From positions 1-56,243 of IMG/VR virus record IMGVR_UViG_3300009184_000053: a stretch of 56,243 nt of DNA; one strand, given 5' to 3'. Below the pieces are notes generated by a model. The model was given only the letters and a program-made list of their open reading frames with translations. It had not been told where the DNA came from and did no database searches. Below, one piece after another: positions 9,138 through 17,990 of the stretch (position 1 is the stretch's first letter; the number at the start of each line of letters is the position of its first letter). The stretch comes from a virus (Duplodnaviria; Caudoviricetes). Both the position numbers and the translations under genes were made by a program.

Positions 9138-10757
9138 ATGGCAGGATTTACAGACGGGCTTAAACCCAATCAATCAGCTTTAGGTAATATAATAAGAAAT
9201 CTTGGAAGAATTTCTAAGCTTGGCATGGAGTATGATGACATGGTTGTAAGAAACTCTCAAGCAGTTGGTAAAACTGAATCTGCATTCTTTAATCAATCAA
9301 GTACAGGATTTACCGAAAATGATGCTTTTTATTGGACATTATCATATCAGGATACAAGGGTTAGGAAATACATAGCTTATTTTGATAAAGATTATATTGA
9401 GAAAAGAAATTTCTTAAGAAAGTTTTCTTTAAATGGCGAGATTGAATTTATATTAGATACTGTAACTGACGAGTGTATAAGTTATGATGACCGTAATTTC
9501 TTTGCAACACCATCTTTTGTAAATCTTCAGGATCTAAAAGATAAAACGAGAGAAGAGATCACTCATAATTATAATAGACTTTATAATGTTTTCGGATTTC
9601 AAAATACAATATTAGCTTGGCAATTTTTTAAACAATTTCTAGTTGATGGATTTTTAGCATTTGAAATAATATATGATAATGCAGGTAAGGAAATAATAGG
9701 ATTTAAGGAGCTTGATCCAACATCACTTCAACCTGCAGTTGAGAAGATTGGGGAGAATGAATATAAACAATTTTGGATTCAATATCCGAAGAATCCTCAA
9801 ATGACAAGAAAACTAACTAATGAGCAGATAATTTACATTTCCTATGCTAAAGGAAATTCTATATCAAGAGTTAGCTATTTAGAAAGACTTGTAAGATCAT
9901 ATAACATTTTAAGAATAATGGAAAATTCTAGGGTTATCTGGAATGTTATGAACGCTTCATTCAGACTTAAATTTATAATTCCAACTGGAACACAGTCTCC
10001 TCAGAAAGCAATGCAAACCCTGGGACAGTTAATGAGTAACTACAAGGAGGAGATATCTATAAATGATTCATCAGGTGAAATGACTGTTAACGGTAAACCA
10101 AAAATACAGTTCTATAAGAATTATCTTTTCCCTGAACAAAATGGCCAATCTCCAACAATTGAGTCTCTTAATGCATCAGGACCTGATTTTAATGTAATGG
10201 AAAATGTTCTCTATTTCTTTAACAAACTTAAAATGGATTCTAAGATTCCCTATGCTAGATTTGCTTCAAGAGGAGCAACACCAGTTAACTATTCAGTGAG
10301 CATAGATTCTTTAGAGAGAGATGAAATTAGATTTGAAAAATTCTTAACCAGATTAAGATCAATTTTCCAAGAGATCCTAGTAAAACCCCTTTACATACAA
10401 ATGTGTTTAAAACATCCAGAGCTTGCTAAAGACAGAAGTTTTAAAACTAATTTAGGTATAAATTTCCACAGGGAAAGTCCATTCAATGAGCAAGTTCAAA
10501 TTGCTTCCTATCAGAAAAGAACAGAGTTTATCACAGGTCTAGGAGAGCTTAAAACTAAAATGGGAGAAACAGAAGTTCCCTATTTTGATGCTGGATTTTT
10601 AATTCAAAGATTCTTAGGTCTTAACCCAGATCTAATTTCTCTTAATGAGAAATACAAAAAGAAAGATGATAAAGAAGCAGAAAAAGTTGCTAAGGCAGCT
10701 GCTGATGCGGAAGGAGCTGAAGGCGAAGCAGGGGCAGAAGATACAGCTACCCTATAA
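9138..10757 (+). CDS. gp20: portal vertex protein, copy 2 (T4 gp20-like)
   Basis: Full-length paralog of 7488..9128 with the same motifs (FKQFLVDG, IPYARF, RDEIRFEKFLTRLRS). Confidence 0.9.
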   Translation: MAGFTDGLKPNQSALGNIIRNLGRISKLGMEYDDMVVRNSQAVGKTESAFFNQSSTGFTENDAFYWTLSYQDTRVRKYIAYFDKDYIEKRNFLRKFSLNGEIEFILDTVTDECISYDDRNFFATPSFVNLQDLKDKTREEITHNYNRLYNVFGFQNTILAWQFFKQFLVDGFLAFEIIYDNAGKEIIGFKELDPTSLQPAVEKIGENEYKQFWIQYPKNPQMTRKLTNEQIIYISYAKGNSISRVSYLERLVRSYNILRIMENSRVIWNVMNASFRLKFIIPTGTQSPQKAMQTLGQLMSNYKEEISINDSSGEMTVNGKPKIQFYKNYLFPEQNGQSPTIESLNASGPDFNVMENVLYFFNKLKMDSKIPYARFASRGATPVNYSVSIDSLERDEIRFEKFLTRLRSIFQEILVKPLYIQMCLKHPELAKDRSFKTNLGINFHRESPFNEQVQIASYQKRTEFITGLGELKTKMGETEVPYFDAGFLIQRFLGLNPDLISLNEKYKKKDDKEAEKVAKAAADAEGAEGEAGAEDTATL

Positions 10758-10797
10758 AATACATCCCCCCTTATTTTTAATCCCCGAGACAATTATC

Positions 10798-10805
10798 TAT
10801 ATTTG
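10798..10805 (+). promoter_or_regulatory. Bacteroidota-type sigma70 -7 element TAnnTTTG
   Basis: TATATTTG 16 nt upstream of the ligase ATG. Confidence 0.55.
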
Positions 10806-10821
10806 TAAAAAATAAATATAG

Positions 10822-12153
10822 ATGATTAAATCAATTAAAACATTAAAAGATCTAGAAAGCTTAACTGGTGAGGGATCACAAAAAGCAAAACAAACTCTTA
10901 TTAAAGAATCTCTAAGTCCTGAAATGGAATACATCTTAGATGTTTGTTTTAATCCCTTCGTCACCACGAAACTACATAAGCTAAATTTACAAATTTTACC
11001 GGGAGAAAAAAATCCAAATCTTTGGGACGAGTTTAGATCTCTTATAGAGGATTTAAAAAAAGCTCCAGCTGCTAATGACCTTCTAAGAGGGCGTGCTCAG
11101 TCGATAATTTCTTGTAGATTATCAGATGATGATCATGAAGATATCGAGCTTAGAAAATATCTAATGAAAATTCTAACGAAAAGAATGAATATTGGAATAG
11201 GAGCTAAATTAATCAATAAAGCTGTCGGTAAGGAACTTATCCCTGATCCCTCATTAATGTTAGCTACTGACGATCATGAAACTATTGAGAGATGGGATAA
11301 AATTTACTGTGAGGAAAAATATGACGGTGTTAGAGTTATAGCCCTCTGTAAAAATGGTGAGATATCATATTTTACCAGGGCTTTTAATGAATTAGATTCT
11401 TCCTGCTTCCCTACCATTACTGCTGATTTAAAGAAGAGCTTAGACGATAGCGGATTAAGTGGTGATTGGTTTTTTGATGGCGAGTTAACGGATCTTAATA
11501 GAAAATCAGTTAGTGGGAAAGTTACCCAAATTTTAAAAGGAAAGGTGGATTCTAAAATAGAATCAGGAATGCTCTTTAATGTTTTTGATTTTGAGGAAGC
11601 ATCAACTTTAGAAAGAGGAGTGGGTGTTCTTGATTATATTACAAGAAGACATACTCTAGAAAACGTAGTAAAACATCTACCTGAAACATCCCCAGTTAAA
11701 CTTGCTAAACTATGGGAATTGAACGATGCTTCGGATGTTCCCTCTATTTATAAGGAAATAGTTAAACTTGGGGGAGAAGGAGTTATATGCAAAGATAATG
11801 GAGTTTATGAATGCAAAAGATCTAAGTCGTGGGTTAAATTTAAAGAGGTTAGTGATTGTGATTTAGAGATAACAGGCTGGTATCCAGGAGAAGGAAAAAG
11901 AGAAGGATTTATTGGCGGATTTTTCTGTACAGATTCTTCGAAAACCCTTAATGTTAAGGTTGGATCAGGATTTACAGATTCAGATTTAAAAGAACTTAGT
12001 GCTAATCCAGATTCTTTAATAGGAAAGATAGCAGCGGTTCAATATAATGTTGCAATAACGGATAAGCATGGCAATAGATCATTATTTTTACCTCGCTTTA
12101 TAGAGGTGAGAAGCGATAAAAATTCTGCTGATAATCTTTCTAAACTTTTTTAG
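10822..12153 (+). CDS. lig: ATP-dependent DNA ligase
   Basis: EEKYDGVR (KxDG), FFDGEL, FNVFD, GEGVICK, KRSKSWVKFK, VGSGF, LFLPRF...R.DK. Confidence 0.95.
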   Translation: MIKSIKTLKDLESLTGEGSQKAKQTLIKESLSPEMEYILDVCFNPFVTTKLHKLNLQILPGEKNPNLWDEFRSLIEDLKKAPAANDLLRGRAQSIISCRLSDDDHEDIELRKYLMKILTKRMNIGIGAKLINKAVGKELIPDPSLMLATDDHETIERWDKIYCEEKYDGVRVIALCKNGEISYFTRAFNELDSSCFPTITADLKKSLDDSGLSGDWFFDGELTDLNRKSVSGKVTQILKGKVDSKIESGMLFNVFDFEEASTLERGVGVLDYITRRHTLENVVKHLPETSPVKLAKLWELNDASDVPSIYKEIVKLGGEGVICKDNGVYECKRSKSWVKFKEVSDCDLEITGWYPGEGKREGFIGGFFCTDSSKTLNVKVGSGFTDSDLKELSANPDSLIGKIAAVQYNVAITDKHGNRSLFLPRFIEVRSDKNSADNLSKLF

Positions 12154-12180
12154 GAACAACTTTAAAAATATACTCTAAAA
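12153..12180 (+). promoter_or_regulatory. putative ECF-sigma-like promoter GGAAC-N16-TCTAAAA
   Basis: Recurrent bipartite motif. Confidence 0.6.
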
Positions 12181-12185
12181 AAAAT

Positions 12186-13130
12186 ATGATACAAGAACTT
12201 TTAACCGAAAAATTAAGACCAAAGGAGCTGAAGCATATGATATTGCCCTCCAGAATATCCAGACTATTTGAGAGCGGGTTAAATCATAATGTTTTATTAA
12301 GCGGATCCCCAGGATGTGGAAAAACAACTCTAGCTAAAATATTAGCTTCTCCATATCCGCACATATTCATAAATGTTTCTGATGAAAGCTCGGTTGAAAC
12401 CATCAGGGTTAAGATTAATGATTTCTGTTCTACCATATCTGTATTAGACGGGAAGTCATCTAAGAAGATTGTTATTTTAGACGAGTTTGACGGGGCCTCA
12501 GATCAATTCTATAAAGCACTAAGGGGTACAATAGAAAAGTTTGCTAGTAACGCTAGATTTATCGCTACGTGCAATTATATTAACAAGGTACCTGATGCTA
12601 TACAAAGTAGATTTGAAGTTGTTGACTTTAATCCAGTAAATTCAGAGGAGGAAGAGGCTTTAAAGAATGAGTGGAATAAAAGGGTTAAACTTATTTTAGG
12701 TAAACTTAATATCCAAATAGATGATGAATCATTAAATGAATTCCAGAAGGCTTATTATCCAGATTTCAGATCGGGATTAAATAAAATCCAAACCTGGATG
12801 ATAGAGGGAGTTAGCACAATAGATATAAATAAAATAAAGGAACTTGGGTGGACGTATGAATCCCTTTATAATTTAATAATAACTTCAAAAGATCCAATTA
12901 AGAACTATCAGGAAATAGCTGGAGAATATCAAGGTAAAGTTGATGAGGTAATGTCAGCATTAGGTGAGGAATTTATAAATTGGATCATTAACAATAAACC
13001 TGATTTAAAAAAGATTATACCTGGAGTGATAGTTTTAGTAGCTGAGCATCAGGCCCAAAGAACCCAGGTAATAGATCCTATGGTTTCTTTATTGTCTTTA
13101 GTTTTTCAAATTCAAAAAATGGTAGAATAA
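12186..13130 (+). CDS. gp44: sliding clamp loader ATPase subunit (T4 gp44/RFC-like)
   Basis: EKLRP, GSPGCGKTT Walker A, ILDEFD Walker B, IQSRF, YYPDFR. Confidence 0.92.
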   Translation: MIQELLTEKLRPKELKHMILPSRISRLFESGLNHNVLLSGSPGCGKTTLAKILASPYPHIFINVSDESSVETIRVKINDFCSTISVLDGKSSKKIVILDEFDGASDQFYKALRGTIEKFASNARFIATCNYINKVPDAIQSRFEVVDFNPVNSEEEEALKNEWNKRVKLILGKLNIQIDDESLNEFQKAYYPDFRSGLNKIQTWMIEGVSTIDINKIKELGWTYESLYNLIITSKDPIKNYQEIAGEYQGKVDEVMSALGEEFINWIINNKPDLKKIIPGVIVLVAEHQAQRTQVIDPMVSLLSLVFQIQKMVE

Positions 13131-13132
13131 GT

Positions 13133-13612
13133 ATGGCTTTTAAAGACAGCAAAATAATCCTAGTAGGAAAGGGTGGATCTGGTAAAGATTACATGAGAAA
13201 AAAATTTGAATCAAGAGGATTCAAATATTGTGTTTCGTACACGAGCAGGCCTAAGCGCCAGGGGGAGAAAGAGGGTAAAGACTATTATTTTGTTGATGAT
13301 TCTTTTTTTCAAAACAACGTTCATAAATTTTATGAAATCCATGATTTTAATGGATGGAAATACGGGAGAACGATAAATGACTTTGAAAAATCTAGTCTTC
13401 TTATAATGACACCAAGTGGAATAAGCTGTATTAAGCCAGAACACCGTAAAAGGTGTTTTATCATTTATATAGATCCGGATAATGAAATACTAAAGAAAAG
13501 ATTAGCTGAAAGAAAAGATGCAGATTCTGCGGAGAGAAGATTAATTGCTGACGATGAGGATTTTTTAAATTTTCACGACTATGATATCAGAATAAAAAAT
13601 GAAGACTTTTAA
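13133..13612 (+). CDS. gmk: guanylate kinase-like protein
   Basis: GKGGSGKD P-loop, SYTSRPKR.GE.EGKDYYFV, NGWKYG. Confidence 0.85.
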   Translation: MAFKDSKIILVGKGGSGKDYMRKKFESRGFKYCVSYTSRPKRQGEKEGKDYYFVDDSFFQNNVHKFYEIHDFNGWKYGRTINDFEKSSLLIMTPSGISCIKPEHRKRCFIIYIDPDNEILKKRLAERKDADSAERRLIADDEDFLNFHDYDIRIKNEDF

Positions 13613-13622
13613 AATATAAAAT

Positions 13623-14765
13623 ATGGTTAATATACTTATAGATGGAAATTATATAATGCATAAAACTTTTGGTATCTTTGCAGGATATGGGAAAAATATA
13701 GATCCCGGAAAAATATTAGCACGTAAAGAGGATCAATCTGCTTTCGTCAGAAAAATTGCCACTGATCTTTGTTCTTCTTTAAAAATGCTACCCGCTGGGG
13801 GGAGATTAATTTTTACATCCGATAGCAGAAGTTGGAGAAAAGAAGTTGAGATAGAAAACGGAGGTTATAAATCAGGTAGGATTAAGGATGAAAATGTTGA
13901 CTGGAGTATATTCTTCGAACTTTTACAATCATTTGGCCACCATTTAGAAAAAATGGGATTTATTTTTTCTAAGATAGAAGGTGCAGAGGGAGATGATTTA
14001 CTTTTATTCTGGTCTAGAAAATTCAATGAGCTTAATGAAAATTGTATAATCATAACAGGTGATAGAGATTTACATCAGCTGTCTAGAGTTGATAAGGGGG
14101 TATGGACAGCAGTATGGAACAACAATTCTAAAAATAATACATTTACAGTTCCTGATGGATGGACAGCAGATAACTCTGAAAAAATTGGAGAGATCAGCGT
14201 TTTTAATATGGGTTTTACCGTTTCACCAGAGATTGATAAATTAAAAGATTTTATTAAAAAAGTTAATGTTGAAAATATAGACAGCAAACCTTTTTTATTT
14301 AAAAAGATATTAATTGGGGATAGCGGGGATAGCGTGCCTAGCGTATGGGAATTTGAAGTAAATGGAAAGATTAATAGATTCACAGAAAAGAAAGCTGATA
14401 CCGTCTATGACTTATTTTTAAATAGCGAATGGAAAGATTTACCAGTTTCTGAACTTCTTAAAAATGAAGAATTTTTATCTTGGATAAGCAGCTTGATATT
14501 GAAAATTGCTAAAGGTGTTGACAGCAGTGAGAATAGAATAAAAGCTAAGAATAACTTTTTAAGAAACTATAAACTTATGTGGCTAGATCCTGAGGTTATC
14601 CCAGAGGGAATTAGAAATTCATGTTATCTAGAAATAGAAAGAGGCATAAAGCTAGAAAGAAAATCAGTAACTTTGGATAGAATAAAAATACTTGAGGGAA
14701 CAGAATGGATTACCCCTGGTTATCAACCAAAAGGATTTGATCCTTTTGAAAATATTTTAAAATAA
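13623..14765 (+). CDS. rnh: RNase H / 5'-3' exonuclease (T4 rnh, FEN family)
   Basis: ILIDGN, DSRSWRK..YK..R, EGDD, ITGDRDLHQL, KILIGDSGDSVP. Confidence 0.88.
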   Translation: MVNILIDGNYIMHKTFGIFAGYGKNIDPGKILARKEDQSAFVRKIATDLCSSLKMLPAGGRLIFTSDSRSWRKEVEIENGGYKSGRIKDENVDWSIFFELLQSFGHHLEKMGFIFSKIEGAEGDDLLLFWSRKFNELNENCIIITGDRDLHQLSRVDKGVWTAVWNNNSKNNTFTVPDGWTADNSEKIGEISVFNMGFTVSPEIDKLKDFIKKVNVENIDSKPFLFKKILIGDSGDSVPSVWEFEVNGKINRFTEKKADTVYDLFLNSEWKDLPVSELLKNEEFLSWISSLILKIAKGVDSSENRIKAKNNFLRNYKLMWLDPEVIPEGIRNSCYLEIERGIKLERKSVTLDRIKILEGTEWITPGYQPKGFDPFENILK

Positions 14766-14766
14766 T

Positions 14767-15189
14767 ATGCAACTTTTTGACATAGTAAAAGTAATGTTTT
14801 CCAGCAAACCTAAAGAATGGGAATCTGTTGGTAAAAATGACAAATCTAGAAATTTTTTCATGATTAATAGAATCATGGGAATTCAATTTCCAGTTCAGGC
14901 CAATCAGTTTAATAAACTAAAAGTTGTTCCGGGTCCTGTTGTTAATTGGTGGCACGATACCCTTTCCCATAGGTTTAAAAAACCTCCATCTGAGTGGATC
15001 TATGCTAAAACCAAGAAAAAAGAATCTGTAAAATCAGATAAGATAAAAGATTTTGATTTAATTGAAGATTTTATAAGGAATAAATATAGCGTTTCTAAAA
15101 GAGACTTAGAGGATATTAAAAAATTTTACCCACAAAGGTATTTCTCTTGGTTAGAGGACATCTCAGATCAAGTTGGCCTACAAAAATAA
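14767..15189 (+). CDS. probable clamp loader small subunit (T4 gp62-like)
   Basis: FMINRIM...ANQFN, W-I-Y-A-K-T-K, then FIRNKYSVSKR; lies in the replication operon. Confidence 0.5.
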   Translation: MQLFDIVKVMFSSKPKEWESVGKNDKSRNFFMINRIMGIQFPVQANQFNKLKVVPGPVVNWWHDTLSHRFKKPPSEWIYAKTKKKESVKSDKIKDFDLIEDFIRNKYSVSKRDLEDIKKFYPQRYFSWLEDISDQVGLQK

Positions 15190-15201
15190 GATATATAGGA
15201 T

Positions 15202-15750
15202 ATGGAGAAAAAAAATGCTAAAATAATAGATAAGGTTATCTCCAGTTTAGATTGGGATTCCATATATGAGGTTAATAAATGCTTCAAGATGGGGGTTGGA
15301 GAAGGAACTAATGCTATCCCCGGTATCAAAAGAAAAGTTTTTGGTGATGATTTAGTCAAGGCTGATCTTAAAGGTGAACTTAAATCTCTATTAAAATATG
15401 TGATAGAAAACGATTTAGCAGAGCTTAATTATGGAGCATGGATGATTTACTGGGTTAATTCAGACTGGAAGGGGGATAAGTATGGTGGTATTGAAATAGA
15501 GATTGAATTCGAAAATGACATACAAACTGGACTAGAAATAGATTCTACGCTAGAGGTAATATATTCCCCGCAAAGAATATGTGTCATATCAAGTGAGTCC
15601 AGAGAGGAGGAAGTTTCTAAAGAAGATTCAGATATGAAGAGACTTGAAGTTATGCTTAAAAAAGCACTTGACTCCGAAAAGTATGAGTTAGCTACAATGA
15701 TCAGAGATGTCATAAAGCTCCAAAAAGGAGAGTCCCTTGAAGATAAATAG
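15202..15750 (+). CDS. hypothetical protein with C-terminal UVR (UvrB/UvrC) motif
   Basis: LEVMLKKALDSEKYELATMIRDVIK. Confidence 0.7.
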   Translation: MEKKNAKIIDKVISSLDWDSIYEVNKCFKMGVGEGTNAIPGIKRKVFGDDLVKADLKGELKSLLKYVIENDLAELNYGAWMIYWVNSDWKGDKYGGIEIEIEFENDIQTGLEIDSTLEVIYSPQRICVISSESREEEVSKEDSDMKRLEVMLKKALDSEKYELATMIRDVIKLQKGESLEDK

Positions 15751-15754
15751 ATCT

Positions 15755-16237
15755 ATGAAGCATATTAAAACTATAAATGAATTCTTCGATGGTGGAGCTT
15801 TCGGAGATACCTACGGATATGGAGGAGCTAATGGCATATTAAAAATAAACTATAAGCCATTTAGTGATCTTTCAGTTTCTGTTGGCCAGGATCCGGATAT
15901 GGAAACCACTGTCAAAGGATCTGAATTCCAATTAGGTGATGTTGTTATAGCCCAACCGATAGATTCTAAGAAAAAAGTAATAGGGGTTATAGTTAGAGCT
16001 TTTAGAAATCCTGATGGGAAAGAATATAGATATTTTATACAGGTTTACAATAAAGGAAAGAAAACTGAAAGAGTTATAGAGGTTAAATCAGATGCCATTG
16101 AGTTTGCTCAGGGTGGGGATCACGGAAATATCGAATCTAAATCGAAAGCTAAATTTAACCAAATGCCTGACAGCTCATATAACTCAAAAACTGTTTATAA
16201 TGCTTCCGAATTGGGACTAGAAACTACTGGAGGATAA
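15755..16237 (+). CDS. KOW/SH3-like domain protein with capsid-targeting-like N-terminus
   Basis: Start reassigned to ATG 15755 (MKHIKTINEFF); FQLGDVVIA...GVIV; GATAAATA at 15742. Confidence 0.6.
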   Translation: MKHIKTINEFFDGGAFGDTYGYGGANGILKINYKPFSDLSVSVGQDPDMETTVKGSEFQLGDVVIAQPIDSKKKVIGVIVRAFRNPDGKEYRYFIQVYNKGKKTERVIEVKSDAIEFAQGGDHGNIESKSKAKFNQMPDSSYNSKTVYNASELGLETTGG

Positions 16238-16243
16238 TAAAAC

Positions 16244-16271
16244 GGAACCAATTAAATCCTTTGATCTAAGA
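16244..16271 (+). promoter_or_regulatory. putative ECF-sigma-like promoter GGAAC-N16-TCTAAGA
   Basis: Recurrent bipartite motif. Confidence 0.55.
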
Positions 16272-16285
16272 TATAAAAAGGAATA

Positions 16286-17188
16286 ATGTTATTTGGTAAA
16301 ACCCCACCGGAAATCTCATATCTTGGTTTATCCTCTGAATTTGGAAAGAATTCAATAGTTCTTAATTCATATCCAGATCTGATCTCAGTTATCATAAATT
16401 CCTGTAAATTTAATCTCTCGTTAGATATTAAAATTGTTTGCTTAGACGCTTCTGAGCTTATTTTTTCTCCTAGTTTTTTTAATACTGTAATAGAAGAGGA
16501 ATCTCCAGAGATTTCTAAAATTATTGATGAGGCAAATTCCATTATATCTAAGAATGGCATACGTATTTGCTTTTATATAGGTAAGGACTATTTTCTTGGT
16601 AGTCAATTGGAAGAGACTAAAAAATCTACAATTAAATTAATCAATTCACTCTCCGATTGTTTAGATATTATAGGTATAAATTATCCTTCCATTATGTTAA
16701 GGGTTGGATCTGCTTATGGTAATAGGAAAAAAACAATGGATGAATTTTGTAACAGACTGCAACTTCTTGATCAGTCGTCAATACGCAGAATATGTGTAAT
16801 GAATGATGATAAACCAAGTCTTTTTTCGGTAACAGATCTTCTTTCGGGGGTTTATTATAAATCTGGAATACCTTTATGTTTTAGAGTACTCCCCCATCAA
16901 TTTAATGATGGAGGTCTTTCTATTAGAGAAGCACTTTTTCTTTCTTGCTCAACATGGGAAATAGGAAAAAAACCAATATTTTTTTATTCAGAATCTGCCG
17001 AATTGGATGCCAACGGTACCCCACTAGTACCTAATCCAAATGACATTTTAACCAAGAGAATTCCAACTTTTGGATTGGACCTAGATATTATCATAGATTC
17101 CAAACTAAAAGAGGATGTTTGTCTTAAATACAGAATGGACTATAAGAAACTTCCCCCTATAATTATTAATAAATCAGTAAAAAAATAA
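16286..17188 (+). CDS. uvsE: UV damage endonuclease (UvsE/UVDE)-like TIM barrel, catalytic residues apparently substituted
   Basis: RVGSAYG..K, R..VMNDDK..FSV.DLL, IPLCF...HQFN, YSES, D.IID.K.KE align with the UvsE pattern. Confidence 0.7.
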   Translation: MLFGKTPPEISYLGLSSEFGKNSIVLNSYPDLISVIINSCKFNLSLDIKIVCLDASELIFSPSFFNTVIEEESPEISKIIDEANSIISKNGIRICFYIGKDYFLGSQLEETKKSTIKLINSLSDCLDIIGINYPSIMLRVGSAYGNRKKTMDEFCNRLQLLDQSSIRRICVMNDDKPSLFSVTDLLSGVYYKSGIPLCFRVLPHQFNDGGLSIREALFLSCSTWEIGKKPIFFYSESAELDANGTPLVPNPNDILTKRIPTFGLDLDIIIDSKLKEDVCLKYRMDYKKLPPIIINKSVKK

Positions 17189-17230
17189 TATTATTTCGGG
17201 ATATTTTATTAATTTTATAAAAATTTATTT

Positions 17231-17932
17231 ATGTTTAATTTAGATGCAATTCAGAAATATTTATATTTTGATGTTGAAACTGTTCCCATGTACGATTCAA
17301 TAGGATCAATGAGGTTACAGAATGAAAGATTATATCATCTTTGGAAAAAGAGGGAGCTTTATTATAAGAGTGTTTATGAGGAAATGAAAGAAGCATCAGA
17401 GAATGATATCTACTTAGCTAAAGGTGGGTTGGAGCCAGAATTTTCAAGAATAGTTTGCATTTCATTTGGGTCATTTACAGATTCAGGTGAAAAAAGGTTC
17501 GCCTCTTTTTACGGTGAAGATGAGATTGATATTTTGACCAAAGCATCAAAGGTTTTAAATAATGCTGCTTCTAAAAATTGGAAATTATGTGGACATAATA
17601 TAAAAGGTTTTGATATACCCTGTGTAGGAAAAAGAATGCTTTATAATGGAATAAACCCTCCATCCATTATAAAAGTATGGGATAAAAAACCATGGGATAT
17701 GCCTTTTATGGACACCTCTGAAATATTTGCTTTCGGTAGTTGGACCCATCAAAAATCAGTAAGTTTAGATCTTTTATCATGTTCTCTTAATCTATCATCC
17801 CCTAAGGAGGATATGGATGGATCGATGGTAAGCGATTATTTTTGGAACAAAGGTGATTATGATTCAATCAAAAGATATTGTGAGATGGACGTTGACACTG
17901 TTATGTCAATAATGAGTAAGATCTGTTTTTAA
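17231..17932 (+). CDS. DEDD 3'-5' exonuclease (PolB-related family)
   Basis: FDVET, GHNIKGFDIP, KKPWD...DT, YCEMDV. Confidence 0.88.
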   Translation: MFNLDAIQKYLYFDVETVPMYDSIGSMRLQNERLYHLWKKRELYYKSVYEEMKEASENDIYLAKGGLEPEFSRIVCISFGSFTDSGEKRFASFYGEDEIDILTKASKVLNNAASKNWKLCGHNIKGFDIPCVGKRMLYNGINPPSIIKVWDKKPWDMPFMDTSEIFAFGSWTHQKSVSLDLLSCSLNLSSPKEDMDGSMVSDYFWNKGDYDSIKRYCEMDVDTVMSIMSKICF

Positions 17933-17952
17933 ATAAATTTACTCAAACTAAC

Positions 17953-17990
17953 AAAGGCTTTCTTTGATATATAAAGAAAAGCCTTTTTTT
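17953..17990 (+). terminator. terminator hairpin whose loop is the late promoter motif GATATATA
   Basis: AAAGGCTTTCTTT-GATATAT-AAAGAAAAGCCTTT (one bulge) plus a T run. Confidence 0.65.
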
